64,000 nucleotides of DNA from an uncultured Clostridia bacterium (GTDB lineage: Bacteria; Bacillota; Clostridia; TANB77; CAG-508), in contig CALXXE010000005.1 in NCBI GenBank assembly GCA_944392605.1, positions 73,525 through 137,524 of the forward strand, written 5' to 3'. The position numbers and the translations under genes were made by a program. The notes under the pieces are model-generated. The model searched no databases, was not told the DNA's origin, and saw only the letters and a list, made by a program, of their open reading frames with translations. Within the stretch, counting starts at the first letter, position 1. The number at the start of each line of letters is the position of its first letter. Below, piece by piece: positions 39,418-50,355 of the stretch.

Positions 39418-40341
39418 ATGAATTTGAAAACATTTATAGTAGAAAAAGAGTATGAAGGAAATAGAATTGATAGTTATTTAGCAAAAAAAGATGAAGATTT
39501 GTCAAGAGTAACAATACAAAGGCTGATAAGAGAAGAAAAAATATTAGTGAATGGAAAAAAAGTAAAAGCATCTTATAAAGTACAAGAAAACGATATGGTA
39601 ATATTAGAAGAAGAAGCACCAAAAGAGATAGAATTAAAAGCACAAGACATACCAGTTGAAATACTTTATGAAGATAATGATATAATAGTTGTAAATAAAC
39701 CAAAAGGATTAGTTGTACACCCTGGAAACGGAAATCCAGATGGAACTCTAGTAAATTCTTTAATGAATATTTGCAAAGATTCTTTATCAGGAATAGGTGG
39801 AGAAATAAGACCAGGAATTGTTCATAGATTGGATAAAGATACATCAGGAGTAATAGTTGCTGCTAAAAATGATAAAGTTCATATTAATTTAAGTGAACAA
39901 ATAAAAAATCATGAAGTGGAAAAAACTTATATTACGTTAGTAAGAGGAATAGTAAAAGAAAATGAAGCAACAATAAATATGCCAATAGGAAGAAATAAGA
40001 ATGATAGAAAAAAGATGGCTGTTGAAAAAGACGGAAAAGTTGCAATAACAAATTTTAAAGTGTTAGAAAGATTCCCAAAAGATAATTGTACTCTATTAGA
40101 AGTAAAAATAGAAACAGGGAGAACACATCAAATAAGAGTACATTTATCTCATATTGGTTATCCTGTAATTGGAGATACTACGTATTCTAATGGAAAAAAT
40201 AAATGGGGAGTCATTGGACAATGCCTTCATGCAAAAAGTTTAAAATTCAAACATCCAACAACAGGAAAAGAAATGAATATAGAAGCAGAGTTACCAGAAT
40301 ATTTTAAAGAAATTCTAAAGCAATTAAGAAAGGATAATTAA
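39418..40341 (+). CDS. RluA/RluD-family 23S rRNA pseudouridine synthase
   Basis: S4 domain (RIDSYLAK..LVNGKKVK) and HRLDKDTSGVIVAAK catalytic motif. Confidence 0.9.
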   Translation: MNLKTFIVEKEYEGNRIDSYLAKKDEDLSRVTIQRLIREEKILVNGKKVKASYKVQENDMVILEEEAPKEIELKAQDIPVEILYEDNDIIVVNKPKGLVVHPGNGNPDGTLVNSLMNICKDSLSGIGGEIRPGIVHRLDKDTSGVIVAAKNDKVHINLSEQIKNHEVEKTYITLVRGIVKENEATINMPIGRNKNDRKKMAVEKDGKVAITNFKVLERFPKDNCTLLEVKIETGRTHQIRVHLSHIGYPVIGDTTYSNGKNKWGVIGQCLHAKSLKFKHPTTGKEMNIEAELPEYFKEILKQLRKDN

Positions 40342-40348
40342 AGTATAA

Positions 40349-41080
40349 ATGGAAGAAGTAAGATTACAAAAATATTTAGCAAACTGTGGAATAGCTTCGA
40401 GAAGAAAAGCAGAAGAGTTAATCACAAGTGGAAAAATTAGTGTAAATGGGAAAGTAGTTACAGAACTTGGAACTAAGATAAAGGCCAATATAGATAAAGT
40501 TCTATATAATGGAAAAGAAGTAAAAGAAGAAAGCAAATATGTATATATATTATTGAATAAGCCTATAGGATATGTAACAACAGCAAAAGATCAATTTGGA
40601 AGAGACTCTGTTATGGATTTAGTAAAAGTAAAAGAAAGGGTAGTTCCAGTAGGAAGACTTGATATGTATACTTCAGGTGCACTAATTTTAACAAATGATG
40701 GAGATTTTGTATATCAAGTAACACATCCAAAACACGAGATTGAAAAAACATATACAGTAACAATAAAAGGTATAGTTACAAAAGAAGAAGTAGAAAAATT
40801 AAGAAATGGTGTTAATATTGATGAATATATAACTAAAGAAGCTAAAGTAAAAATATTAAAGACGGATGAAGAGAAAAATCAGTCAAGATTAGAAATTACT
40901 ATTCATGAAGGGAAGAATAGACAAGTAAGAAAGATGTGTGAAGCTATTGGACATAAAGTTTTAGCATTACATAGAAGTAAGATTGCAGGGATAGGAGTAA
41001 AAGACTTAAAGCTAGGAAAATGGAGATATTTAAGTAACCAAGAAGTAAATAAAATTTTAAATCAAAATGTTGAAAAATAA
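40349..41080 (+). CDS. RsuA/RluB-family rRNA pseudouridine synthase
   Basis: RLQKYLANCGIASRRKAEELI S4 domain; GRLDMYTSGALILTNDG. Confidence 0.9.
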   Translation: MEEVRLQKYLANCGIASRRKAEELITSGKISVNGKVVTELGTKIKANIDKVLYNGKEVKEESKYVYILLNKPIGYVTTAKDQFGRDSVMDLVKVKERVVPVGRLDMYTSGALILTNDGDFVYQVTHPKHEIEKTYTVTIKGIVTKEEVEKLRNGVNIDEYITKEAKVKILKTDEEKNQSRLEITIHEGKNRQVRKMCEAIGHKVLALHRSKIAGIGVKDLKLGKWRYLSNQEVNKILNQNVEK

Positions 41081-41131
41081 ATACATTATATATATAATAA
41101 AACAAACATAAGATAAAAGGAGAATCAACAA

Positions 41132-41938
41132 ATGAATATGAATACATTAAAGTTTGAACCAGAAGGCTGGAATAATGAAATTACAAAAGTAGATAAATCT
41201 AATTTGAAAACATATATGGAAAGTAACAAAACGTTACAAGGTTTAGTAAGAAACTGTGATGATAATTATAATTTATATATAAATTTTGAAAATGGATTAG
41301 TGGGAAAAATACCACGTGAAGAAGTAGAAGCTATAAAGACAGAAGAAAACGGATTACCAAAAACGAACTTATGTGTAGGAAAAGTACATAAATTTGTACA
41401 ATTTAAGATAAAAAATGTAGAAGATGATGGAATAATATTATCTAGAAAACAAGTTCAAAAAGAAGCGATAAACTGGGTTAAAAATGATTTAGAAGTAGGG
41501 CAAAAAGTAGACGGAATAGTAAAAAATATAAAACCATATGGAGCTTTTATTGAAATTGGAGGTGGCATTGTGGGGTTAGCTCACATTGAAGATTTATCTG
41601 TCGCAAGAATAAAGTCGCCTTATGAGAGACTAAAAATTGGACAAAAGCTTGAAGTTGTGGTAAAATCTATAAATAGAGAACAAGGAAAAGTAATTTTATC
41701 ATATAAAGAAACTTTGGGATCATGGGAAGAAAATGCTTCAAAGTTTAAAACAGGAAGTAGAGTTAAAGGGAAAGTTAGAGAAACAGAAAAAAATAAAAAT
41801 GGTATTTTTATTGAACTTACACCTAACTTAGTTGGAATGGCAGAATATGAGGAAGGACTAGAATATGGGCAAGATGTAGATGTTTATATTAAGAAAATAG
41901 ACTATGATAGAAAAAAAGTAAAATTGCTTATTGTATAA
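41132..41938 (+). CDS. S1 RNA-binding domain protein
   Basis: GQKVDGIVKNIKPYGAFIEIGGGIVGLAHIEDLS S1 motif, plus further degenerate S1-like units. Confidence 0.8.
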   Translation: MNMNTLKFEPEGWNNEITKVDKSNLKTYMESNKTLQGLVRNCDDNYNLYINFENGLVGKIPREEVEAIKTEENGLPKTNLCVGKVHKFVQFKIKNVEDDGIILSRKQVQKEAINWVKNDLEVGQKVDGIVKNIKPYGAFIEIGGGIVGLAHIEDLSVARIKSPYERLKIGQKLEVVVKSINREQGKVILSYKETLGSWEENASKFKTGSRVKGKVRETEKNKNGIFIELTPNLVGMAEYEEGLEYGQDVDVYIKKIDYDRKKVKLLIV

Positions 41939-41957
41939 AACAAGAGGAGGAATAAAG

Positions 41958-42893
41958 ATGGTTGAAGATGAAGAAATAAAAACTAAAGTATCACCATTTG
42001 CAATAAGAGAGGGAGAAATAAAAACATTTGATGGTAAAGATGGATATGTTTCAATGAATCAAATTGTACATAAAATAAATATAGGACATATTAATGATAT
42101 TCATTTCGCTATTTTGGATTTAGTAAATGAATTTGAGTTTATAACATCAAGACAAATCTATCAAATGCTAGAAATTAAAGGCGTTGAAATTAAATCTCAA
42201 GATAAATTGAATAATAAATTAGAACAACTAGTAAAATCAAAGATTCTAACTAGATATTACTTTAATTCTGAAGAAGGTAAAGGAATTTACCGTATTTATT
42301 GTATGGAAAAAATGGGAAAATATTTATTAACTTCTCAAGAAAAAGAATGTAAATGGCAACCATCTGATAACACAAAACCTGTTGCTATGATTAAGAAAAG
42401 ATTAGCAGGAAACCAAGTTTTAATTGCTTATTTAAGAAAGGTAAAGGCTTTCGATGAGTTTACTGTAAAGCCAACATTAACAGCAAAAGTTGCAGGAAAA
42501 GTATTTAAAGCTTCTGGTGGAAGTGTAAAACTTACTAAAAATAAAAAATCTATTCAATTTGTATTTGAAGTTATTAGAAGAGAAGTGGATTGGGAGAAAA
42601 AGTTGATCGAAAAGATGAGATTATATAAAGATTTCTATGAGAATTTTGTTCCAGGTGATTCGGGATTTTTAGGAATGCCACAATTAATAATTGTTTGTGA
42701 AGATGAAAGACATATGGCAGAAACTTTCAAAGAAATAGTAACAAATAGAGTAGAAATTCCTCAAATAAAATTATATTTTACAACAGATTTAAGACAAAAT
42801 GAGGAAACACTTGAAAATACTTTAGTAGAATTTAAACTTATAGATAGTAAATATAAAATGGAAAATGTAGAATTAAAATTATTAGGTATGTAA
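41958..42893 (+). CDS. Winged-helix protein, tentatively replication-relaxation-like
   Basis: FAILDLVNEFEFITSRQIYQML...KLEQLVKSKILTRYY pattern; the ATG at 41958 follows GGAGGA; the ORF-track start at 41931 overlaps the upstream gene. Confidence 0.35.
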   Translation: MVEDEEIKTKVSPFAIREGEIKTFDGKDGYVSMNQIVHKINIGHINDIHFAILDLVNEFEFITSRQIYQMLEIKGVEIKSQDKLNNKLEQLVKSKILTRYYFNSEEGKGIYRIYCMEKMGKYLLTSQEKECKWQPSDNTKPVAMIKKRLAGNQVLIAYLRKVKAFDEFTVKPTLTAKVAGKVFKASGGSVKLTKNKKSIQFVFEVIRREVDWEKKLIEKMRLYKDFYENFVPGDSGFLGMPQLIIVCEDERHMAETFKEIVTNRVEIPQIKLYFTTDLRQNEETLENTLVEFKLIDSKYKMENVELKLLGM

Positions 42894-42933
42894 ATTTTAA
42901 TATAGAAAACTATTTGCTAAAGGAGGAAAAATT

Positions 42934-44184
42934 ATGCAAGATTCAAGAGGAACTGTAGAAGTAAAATATTTGGGAAAAGATATTGAGAGAAATGACAGAC
43001 TCTTAGAGAGCAAACCGCCATACAATTATTATGAAATGATTGTTAATCTAGATGGAAAAGATTATACAGCTGTTTTAGAAACATCAGGATATATAAAAAT
43101 GGAATATGGTATACCTGATAGAAATCACCTGTATAGATGCTTAAGATTGGCTGCAATATATGGCCCTGAAGAAAGAAAGGATTTTGAAGAGGCAAATAAG
43201 AGTTTTGAATTAGCAGAAGATGAATCAATTGGCAAAAAAGGAGAAAATATAGATCTTGATTTAAGCAATATGATTCTTGACTTTGCTTATGGAGACTCTA
43301 TATTTAAAGATACACCATATGCAGATATTCAAAAGAGCATAATGGAAGATTTGTATCAAAGGAAAAGAAGAAATCTCATATCATCTAGAAAGAAAAGTTT
43401 CGATGAACGAAAAGGGAAATTAACACTAGAAGATTATATATTGCCGCAACTTCCTGAACTCAGCCAACAAGAAAGAGCAAGAAAAATGCATGATAGAATG
43501 ATGCAATCTGTACTTACTGGTAGATATGGAATTAAAGAATATACCGACTTTATGAGAAAATTAGTGGATGCTATAAAAGAGGGGAAAATACTTATTTCTG
43601 ATGATGTTATTAAAGCTATGAGAGATAATTTTTATTACCAAGATGAAAATAGTAAGCATATACATTTATTTCCATTAAATTCAAGAAAGAATATATCTAA
43701 TACTACAACAGAAGAACTAGGAGATGTAAAAAATAAGAGTACTGGTACAGAGTTTAGATTAATGGAAATAGAACCAGTAAAATCTGAATTTAGAGATTAC
43801 ATAGATGAGCTATACCAAGGAGATTCAGCTACTACATTAGGAAGAATAGCAGAAGATGATAGAGTAACTGTAATAAATCTAATAACTTATGATCCTAGAA
43901 CAGGTGAACGTACCAGAAGAGATACAAGAGGACAGATTTATGTAGGAGAAGATGCAAGTGGAGATATTATTTTTGTAGAACAAACAGATAGACTTATTGA
44001 AAGTATAATTAGGCAACAAGATAGTATAAAAGGTAAAACTCAGGAAGGAGAAGAACTATCAGAATTAGCATCAAAAGAAAAAAGATTACAAGTAGCAGAA
44101 AAAGAAGCTGAAAAAATCACGGAGCTAGAAAGACTTGTTGAGCAGAGAGAAGGCAAATCATTAGAACAGTATAAAAGTGAATGA
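42934..44184 (+). CDS. Hypothetical protein (416 aa)
   Basis: AGGAGG SD; no family recognised; C-terminal coiled coil. Confidence 0.55.
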   Translation: MQDSRGTVEVKYLGKDIERNDRLLESKPPYNYYEMIVNLDGKDYTAVLETSGYIKMEYGIPDRNHLYRCLRLAAIYGPEERKDFEEANKSFELAEDESIGKKGENIDLDLSNMILDFAYGDSIFKDTPYADIQKSIMEDLYQRKRRNLISSRKKSFDERKGKLTLEDYILPQLPELSQQERARKMHDRMMQSVLTGRYGIKEYTDFMRKLVDAIKEGKILISDDVIKAMRDNFYYQDENSKHIHLFPLNSRKNISNTTTEELGDVKNKSTGTEFRLMEIEPVKSEFRDYIDELYQGDSATTLGRIAEDDRVTVINLITYDPRTGERTRRDTRGQIYVGEDASGDIIFVEQTDRLIESIIRQQDSIKGKTQEGEELSELASKEKRLQVAEKEAEKITELERLVEQREGKSLEQYKSE

Positions 44185-44194
44185 GGAGATACAT

Positions 44195-44575
44195 ATGAAA
44201 AATAGTGATGAAAAACAATTAATTGAGGTAAATAAAAAAAGTATTTTTTATAAAATAAAAATGTTTTTTACAAATTTATTTAAAAAGAAAGAAAAAGATA
44301 GCAATATAGAAAATAGAATAATAAATGTTGTTAGTAATGATAGGCAAAAAGATAATTTTGTGAATTTAGTTAAAAAGGTTGAAGATAAAGAAACTAAATT
44401 ATTAAAACTTCAAAAACAATATCGCAATGGGGAAATAAAAGAAGAGGATATGACAAGTAAGCAAGTTAAAGCTCTATGTAATTTATATGATAAACAAATA
44501 GAAGAATTAAAAAATTCAAATGCTATAAGAAAGCAAAAACTTTTAGAATATAGAAAAAATATGAAAACTGCTTAA
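44195..44575 (+). CDS. Hypothetical coiled-coil protein
   Basis: The ATG at 44195 is 6 nt after GAGGAG; K/E-rich. Confidence 0.5.
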   Translation: MKNSDEKQLIEVNKKSIFYKIKMFFTNLFKKKEKDSNIENRIINVVSNDRQKDNFVNLVKKVEDKETKLLKLQKQYRNGEIKEEDMTSKQVKALCNLYDKQIEELKNSNAIRKQKLLEYRKNMKTA

Positions 44576-44628
44576 AAAGTGCATCTCAAAAGAGGTGTAT
44601 TTTTTTGTGTGAAATTTTATAAAAACTA

Positions 44629-44685
44629 TTGACAATTGAGTAAGTACTCAACTATAATATAAGTAACAGTTGAACAATTATTCAA
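44629..44685 (+). promoter_or_regulatory. Promoter of the metal-resistance operon with two palindromic operators
   Basis: TTGACA (44629-44634) and TATAAT (44653-44658); the palindrome TTGAGTAAGTACTCAA (44636-44651) fills the spacer; second palindrome TTGAACAATTATTCAA (44670-44685). Confidence 0.65.
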
Positions 44686-44723
44686 TTATCTACATATGAT
44701 TAATTAGAAAGGAGAAAAAGGAT

Positions 44724-45083
44724 ATGTCAAAAAATGAATTTATATGTGATTGCAATATAATCCATGAAGATATTGTAAAAGATACATTAGGTAAAATGCC
44801 AGAAGATGATTTATTTAATAAATTAGCAGAATTTTTTAAGATTTTAGGTGATACAACAAGAGCAAAAATATTATTTGCATTAGACCAAAATGAAATGTGT
44901 GTATGTGATATTGCAAATGTATTAGGTATGAGTAAATCATCTATATCACATCAACTTGGAACATTAAGAAGAATGAGTATCGTAAAATGTAGAAGACAGG
45001 GAAAAGAAGTATATTATACAATTGATGATGACCATGTAAAAGGGTTATTCGAACTAGGAATTGAACATATAGAACATAAATAG
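44724..45083 (+). CDS. ArsR/SmtB-family metalloregulator
   Basis: LGDTTRAKILFAL..EMCVCDIANVLGMSKSSISHQLGTLR; N-terminal Cys pair. Confidence 0.85.
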   Translation: MSKNEFICDCNIIHEDIVKDTLGKMPEDDLFNKLAEFFKILGDTTRAKILFALDQNEMCVCDIANVLGMSKSSISHQLGTLRRMSIVKCRRQGKEVYYTIDDDHVKGLFELGIEHIEHK

Positions 45084-45095
45084 GAAGGTGATTTT

Positions 45096-45314
45096 ATGAA
45101 AAAAAGTTTTAAACTAGAAGGGTTAGACTGTGCAAATTGTGCAACTAAGATAGAAGAACATGTAAAAAAAGTAGATGGAGTAGAAAATGCATCTGTTAGT
45201 TTTATGACACAGAAAATGACTGTAGAAACTAGTAGTGACGATGAAGAAATATTTAAGAAAATAAAAAAGGTAGTAAAAAGAGAAGAACCAGATGTTAAGG
45301 TAGAGGAAATTTAA
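45096..45314 (+). CDS. Heavy-metal-associated (HMA) domain protein
   Basis: GLDCANCATKIE CxxC metal-binding motif; 72 aa. Confidence 0.8.
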   Translation: MKKSFKLEGLDCANCATKIEEHVKKVDGVENASVSFMTQKMTVETSSDDEEIFKKIKKVVKREEPDVKVEEI

Positions 45315-45324
45315 GGAGGATATT

Positions 45325-47166
45325 ATGAAGAAGAGTTTAATACAAATAATAATTTCATTTATTCTATTCTTAGTAGCAATGGCCGTTCCTTTTGAAAACG
45401 ATTTAATAAATAAAGGACTTTATATAATTGCTTATTTAATAGTCGGTCTAGAAATTGTATGGAAGGCAATCAGGAATATATTTAGAGGAAGAGTATTTGA
45501 TGAACATTTCTTAATGGCAATAGCAACAATAGGTGCTTTTGTTATTGGAGAATTCCCAGAAGCTGTTGCTGTTATGTTATTTTATCAAGTAGGGGAACTA
45601 TTCCAAGATTATGCAGTTGATAAATCAAGAAAATCAATTACAAGCCTTATGGATATAAGGCCAGATATAGCTTTTGTTAAACGTGATGGGAAAGTAGAAA
45701 AGATATCACCAGAAGATGTAAAAATGGGGGAAAACATAGTTGTAAAACCAGGGGAAAAGATACCTTTAGATGGAGTTATAGTAGAAGGTAGTTCAATGAT
45801 AGATACATCAGTATTAACAGGAGAATCAATTCCTAAAGAAGTAACTGTTGGAGATGAAGTACTAAGTGGTTGTATTAACGGAAATGGATTACTTACTATA
45901 AAAGTAGAAAAAGAATTTGGAGAATCTACTGTAAGTAAAATATTAGACTTAGTAGAAAATGCAAGTAGTAAAAAATCTAAATCAGAAAACTTTATAACTA
46001 AATTTGCAAAATATTATACACCAATTGTAGTTATAATAGCAGTACTTCTTGCAATTATCCCGCCATTTATATTGAGCTTAGGAGAATTTACAGAATGGTT
46101 ATATCGTGCTTTAACATTCTTAGTTGTATCTTGCCCTTGTGCTTTAGTAATATCAATACCGCTAGGATTCTTTGGAGGAATTGGAGGAGCTTCTAAAACA
46201 GGAATTTTAGTTAAAGGAAGTAATTATTTGGAAGCTTTAGCAAATACAGAAATAGTCGTTTTTGATAAAACAGGTACATTAACAGAAGGTGTTTTTGAAG
46301 TACAAAAAGTAGAAGCAAATGGAATATCTAAAGAAGAATTATTAAAATATGCAGCATATGCTGAAAGTAACTCAAATCATCCAATTTCACTATCATTAAG
46401 AAAAGCATATAATAAGGAAATAAATCAAAGTAGTATTTTAAAAACAGAGGAATTAGCAGGTAGAGGAGTATCTTCAAATGTAGAAGGAAGAGAAATTTTA
46501 ATAGGAAATGATAAATTAATGAAAGGAAGGAATATTTCTTATACTCCTTGTGATGAAATAGGAACAATTCTCTATGTTGCAATTGATAATAAATATGCAG
46601 GATATATTTTAATTGCAGATAAGATAAAGGAAGATTCTTTTAAAGCTATAAAAGAATTAAAGGCAAATAACATTAAAGAAACAGTAATGCTAACAGGAGA
46701 TAAAAAGCAAGTAGGAGAAAGTGTTGCAAATGAATTAGGCTTAGATAAAATATATACAGAATTATTACCAGATGGAAAAGTCGAAAAAGTAGAAGAGTTA
46801 ATGAAAGATAAATCTGAAAAAGGGAAGTTAGTATTTGTAGGAGATGGTATAAATGATGCTCCAGTCTTAGCACTTTCAGATATTGGTGTTGCAATGGGAG
46901 GACTTGGTTCAGATGCAGCAATAGAAGCAGCAGATGTAGTCATTATGACAGACGAACCATCTAAAATAGGAACTGCAATAAAGATTTCTAAAAAGACTAT
47001 GAGAATAGTAAAACAAAATATCATATTTGCAATAGCAGTTAAAGTATTAGTTTTAATATTAACAGCATTTGGAATAGGAACTATGTGGGAAGCAGTTTTT
47101 GCAGATGTGGGAGTCTCAGTACTTGCTATAATAAATTCACTAAGAGCATTGAGGGTAAAGAAATAA
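45325..47166 (+). CDS. P1B-type heavy-metal (Cd/Zn/Co-type) translocating ATPase
   Basis: SCPCALVIS, DKTGTLT, GDGINDAP; no fused N-terminal HMA domain. Confidence 0.9.
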   Translation: MKKSLIQIIISFILFLVAMAVPFENDLINKGLYIIAYLIVGLEIVWKAIRNIFRGRVFDEHFLMAIATIGAFVIGEFPEAVAVMLFYQVGELFQDYAVDKSRKSITSLMDIRPDIAFVKRDGKVEKISPEDVKMGENIVVKPGEKIPLDGVIVEGSSMIDTSVLTGESIPKEVTVGDEVLSGCINGNGLLTIKVEKEFGESTVSKILDLVENASSKKSKSENFITKFAKYYTPIVVIIAVLLAIIPPFILSLGEFTEWLYRALTFLVVSCPCALVISIPLGFFGGIGGASKTGILVKGSNYLEALANTEIVVFDKTGTLTEGVFEVQKVEANGISKEELLKYAAYAESNSNHPISLSLRKAYNKEINQSSILKTEELAGRGVSSNVEGREILIGNDKLMKGRNISYTPCDEIGTILYVAIDNKYAGYILIADKIKEDSFKAIKELKANNIKETVMLTGDKKQVGESVANELGLDKIYTELLPDGKVEKVEELMKDKSEKGKLVFVGDGINDAPVLALSDIGVAMGGLGSDAAIEAADVVIMTDEPSKIGTAIKISKKTMRIVKQNIIFAIAVKVLVLILTAFGIGTMWEAVFADVGVSVLAIINSLRALRVKK

Positions 47167-47222
47167 AAGTATAGCTCTATATTATTTATACAAAATTGTA
47201 AATAATATAGAGCTGTTTTATA
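47165..47222. terminator. Bidirectional terminator between the convergent metal ATPase gene and pflA
   Basis: 16-bp perfect stem AGCTCTATATTATTTA / TAAATAATATAGAGCT (47173-47214) flanked by A- and T-tracts. Confidence 0.8.
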
Positions 47223-47287
47223 AAATAACATCAATATATTTCATGAAATTGCTTCTGATGTTTTTTGAGCCCGTCCAAAAAAATCTA

Positions 47288-48025
47288 TTAATTAATACCT
47301 AAAATTTCTCGTGCTCTTTTAATATCATTATTATCTGCTTGTCTAACATTTTCTAAAGGATAATTTAAACCTAGTTTTCTCCATTTAAATTCTCCAACAC
47401 TGTGATAAGGTAGAAGTTCTACTCTTTCTACAGTTTTTAGAGAATTAATAAAGTCTTTTAGTTTTAATAAATCTTGCTCGTTATCTGTGTATCCTGGAAC
47501 TAATACTTGTCTAATCCACATAGGAATGTTATTATCACTTAAGTATTTTGCAAAGTTAAGTTCTAATTTATTTGATTTTCCGACTAGGTCTTTACACTTT
47601 TCATCATCAATATGTTTGATGTCTAATAAAAATAAATCAGTTATATTTATCAATTTTTTTATATCATCAGTGAGTAGCACCATGCCTGAAGTATCTATAC
47701 AAGTGTGAATATTTTCTTTCTTTAATTTAGTAAATAATTCAAAAATAAACTTGTGTTGAAGTAATGGTTCGCCACCGCTGATAGTAACACCACCTCTTGG
47801 ATATATATAATTTTTATATCTCATAATTTTATCAAAAATTTCATCAAGTGATTGATAACTACCAGAGTTAATATCCCAAGTGTCTCTGTTATGACAATAT
47901 TTACATTCTAAGTGACATCCTTGTAAAAATAATACAAAACGAATACCTGGACCATCAACTGTTCCAAGTGATTCAATTGAGTGAACTTTTGCATAATATC
48001 TTAAATCTTTTTCTTCTTTATTCAT
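47288..48025 (-). CDS. pflA: Pyruvate formate-lyase activating enzyme (radical SAM)
   Basis: GPGIRFVLFLQGCHLECKYCHN; located downstream of pflB. Confidence 0.9.
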   Translation of the reverse strand: MNKEEKDLRYYAKVHSIESLGTVDGPGIRFVLFLQGCHLECKYCHNRDTWDINSGSYQSLDEIFDKIMRYKNYIYPRGGVTISGGEPLLQHKFIFELFTKLKKENIHTCIDTSGMVLLTDDIKKLINITDLFLLDIKHIDDEKCKDLVGKSNKLELNFAKYLSDNNIPMWIRQVLVPGYTDNEQDLLKLKDFINSLKTVERVELLPYHSVGEFKWRKLGLNYPLENVRQADNNDIKRAREILGIN

Positions 48026-48117
48026 AATTGCTCCTTACAGTATTAAAGGGGAAATAAATTCCCCTTGTACTTTTAAACTTTCTATTCTTTATTTATCTCT
48101 CTTTTAGTTTATATCAG

Positions 48118-50355
48118 TTATATTCTTTCATGAATAGTTCTATGGATTACATCTAATTGTTGTTCTCTTGTTAGTTTTGTGAAGTGAACAGCATATCCAG
48201 AAACACGAATTGTAAGTTGTGGGTAATTTTCTGGGTGTTCCATAGCGTCTTCAAGTAATGCTCTATCAAATACATTAACATTAATATGATGACCTGTTTG
48301 TGTAAAGTAACCATCAAGCATATTAACTAAGTTATCTATTTTTTCATTGTCTGTTTTACCTAATGTTCCAGGTGTAATTGAGAATGTGTATGAAATACCA
48401 TCTTCTGCACTATCAAATGGAAGTTTTGCAATAGAGTTCATAACTGCTAATGCTCCATTTGTATCTCTTCCATGTAGTGGGTTAGCTCCAGGTCCGAATG
48501 GTTCTCCAGCTCTTCTTCCATCAGGAGTATTTCCTGTAGCTTTTCCATATACTACATTTGAAGTAATTGTTAAAATAGATAATGTATGTTTTGAATGTCT
48601 ATAAGTTTGATGTTTTCTTAATTTATTCATAAAGTTTTTAGTAATATCAACGGCTATTTTGTCAACTCTGTCATCATCATTTCCGAATTTAGGAAAATCT
48701 CCTTCAACTTTGTAATCAACAGCAAGTCCTGTTTCATCACGAATAACTTTTACTTTAGCATACTTTATAGCTGATAATGAGTCTGCTACAACTGAAAGTC
48801 CTGCAATACCACAAGCCATTGTACGAATAATTTCTCTATCATGTAATGCCATCTCGATAGCTTCATAGCAATATTTATCATGCATGTAATGAATAGCATT
48901 TAAAGCTTTTATATAAATTTTCGCAACATAATCCATCATTTGATTGAATTTTTCCATAACTTCATCATAGTCTAAATATTCAGAAGTAATTGGTTGATAT
49001 TTTGGTGTAACTTGCTTTCCTGAAACTTCATCTCTACCACCATTAATTGCATAAAGTAATGTTTTAGCAAGGTTAGCTCTTGCACCGAAGAATTGCATTT
49101 GTTTACCTATTTTCATTGGAGATACACAACATGCTATTCCATAATCATCACCTAGAGTAATTCTCATTAAATCGTCATTTTCGTATTGGATAGAAGATGT
49201 TTTGATAGATAAGTTAGTTGTAAATCTCTTAAATCCTTCAGGTAATCTTGTAGACCATAAAACTGTCATGTTTGGTTCTGGTGCGGGTCCTAAGTTTTGA
49301 AGAGTATGAAGTAATCTGAAAGAGTTTTTAGTAACTAAAGTTCTACCATCTATTCCCATACCGCCAATACTTTCTGTTACCCATACAGGGTCTCCACTAA
49401 ATAATTCATTATATTCAGGTGTCCTTAAGAAACGAACTAATCTTAATTTCATAACAAAGTGGTCCATGATTTCTTGAGCTTCTTCTTCTGTTAAAGTACC
49501 ATTTTGAAGATCTCTTTCAAAATAAATATCTAAGAATGTAGAGGTTCTACCTAAACTCATTGCAGCACCATCTTGTGATTTTATAGCTCCTAAATATCCA
49601 AAATATAACCATTGAACTGCTTCTTTAGCATTTGATGATGGTTTTGAAATATCAAATCCATATTTTGCAGCCATTTCTTTTAATTCATTTAATGCTTTAA
49701 TTTGTTCACTAATTTCTTCTCTTGATCTTATAACTTCTTCAGTTAATTCATCTGTATTTAAAACATCTAATTCAGATTGTTTTTCAGTAATTAGAACATC
49801 TACTCCATATAGGGCAACTCTCCTGTAATCTCCTATAATTCTTCCACGTCCATATCCATCAGGAAGACCTGTAATTAGGTGTGAGCTTCTCGCGGCTCTG
49901 ATATCTGGTGTATATACACTAAATACCCCATCGTTATGAGTTTTTCTATATTTATGGAATATACTTTCTACTTCATCATCTACCTTTCTATCATAAGCAG
50001 CACATGCTTTTTCTACTATTCTTATTCCACCAAATGGCATGATAGCTCTTTTTAAAGGTGCATCTGTTTGAAGTCCTACTATATCTTCTAAGTCTTTATC
50101 TATATAACCTGCATCATGTGCTGTAATTGTAGATATTGTTTTTGTATCTATATCTAATACACCACCTTTTGCATCATGTTCTTTTTTATAAAGGTCTAAA
50201 ACTTCATTCCAAAGTTTTTTAGTTTTCTCTGTTGGTCCAGCTAAAAAACTGTCATCTCCTTCATAAGGTGTATAATTATGTTGGATAAAATCTCTTACAT
50301 TTATTTCTGTTTGCCAATCACCTTTCTTAAAATTTTTCCATTGTTCAAAATCCAT
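48118..50355 (-). CDS. pflB: Formate C-acetyltransferase (pyruvate formate-lyase)
   Basis: 745 aa; glycyl-radical motif RVSGYAVHF near the C-terminus; active-site ACCVSP. Confidence 0.95.
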   Translation of the reverse strand: MDFEQWKNFKKGDWQTEINVRDFIQHNYTPYEGDDSFLAGPTEKTKKLWNEVLDLYKKEHDAKGGVLDIDTKTISTITAHDAGYIDKDLEDIVGLQTDAPLKRAIMPFGGIRIVEKACAAYDRKVDDEVESIFHKYRKTHNDGVFSVYTPDIRAARSSHLITGLPDGYGRGRIIGDYRRVALYGVDVLITEKQSELDVLNTDELTEEVIRSREEISEQIKALNELKEMAAKYGFDISKPSSNAKEAVQWLYFGYLGAIKSQDGAAMSLGRTSTFLDIYFERDLQNGTLTEEEAQEIMDHFVMKLRLVRFLRTPEYNELFSGDPVWVTESIGGMGIDGRTLVTKNSFRLLHTLQNLGPAPEPNMTVLWSTRLPEGFKRFTTNLSIKTSSIQYENDDLMRITLGDDYGIACCVSPMKIGKQMQFFGARANLAKTLLYAINGGRDEVSGKQVTPKYQPITSEYLDYDEVMEKFNQMMDYVAKIYIKALNAIHYMHDKYCYEAIEMALHDREIIRTMACGIAGLSVVADSLSAIKYAKVKVIRDETGLAVDYKVEGDFPKFGNDDDRVDKIAVDITKNFMNKLRKHQTYRHSKHTLSILTITSNVVYGKATGNTPDGRRAGEPFGPGANPLHGRDTNGALAVMNSIAKLPFDSAEDGISYTFSITPGTLGKTDNEKIDNLVNMLDGYFTQTGHHINVNVFDRALLEDAMEHPENYPQLTIRVSGYAVHFTKLTREQQLDVIHRTIHERI

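Noticed and set aside
46572-47234. 220-aa minus-strand ORF, and similar long antisense ORFs at 25934-26395, 63271-63738, 35294-35635 and 39434-39844
   Set aside because: They lie antisense to genes with clear family motifs. Their translations are low-complexity and hydrophobic or Leu/Phe/Ser-rich. They are shadow ORFs.
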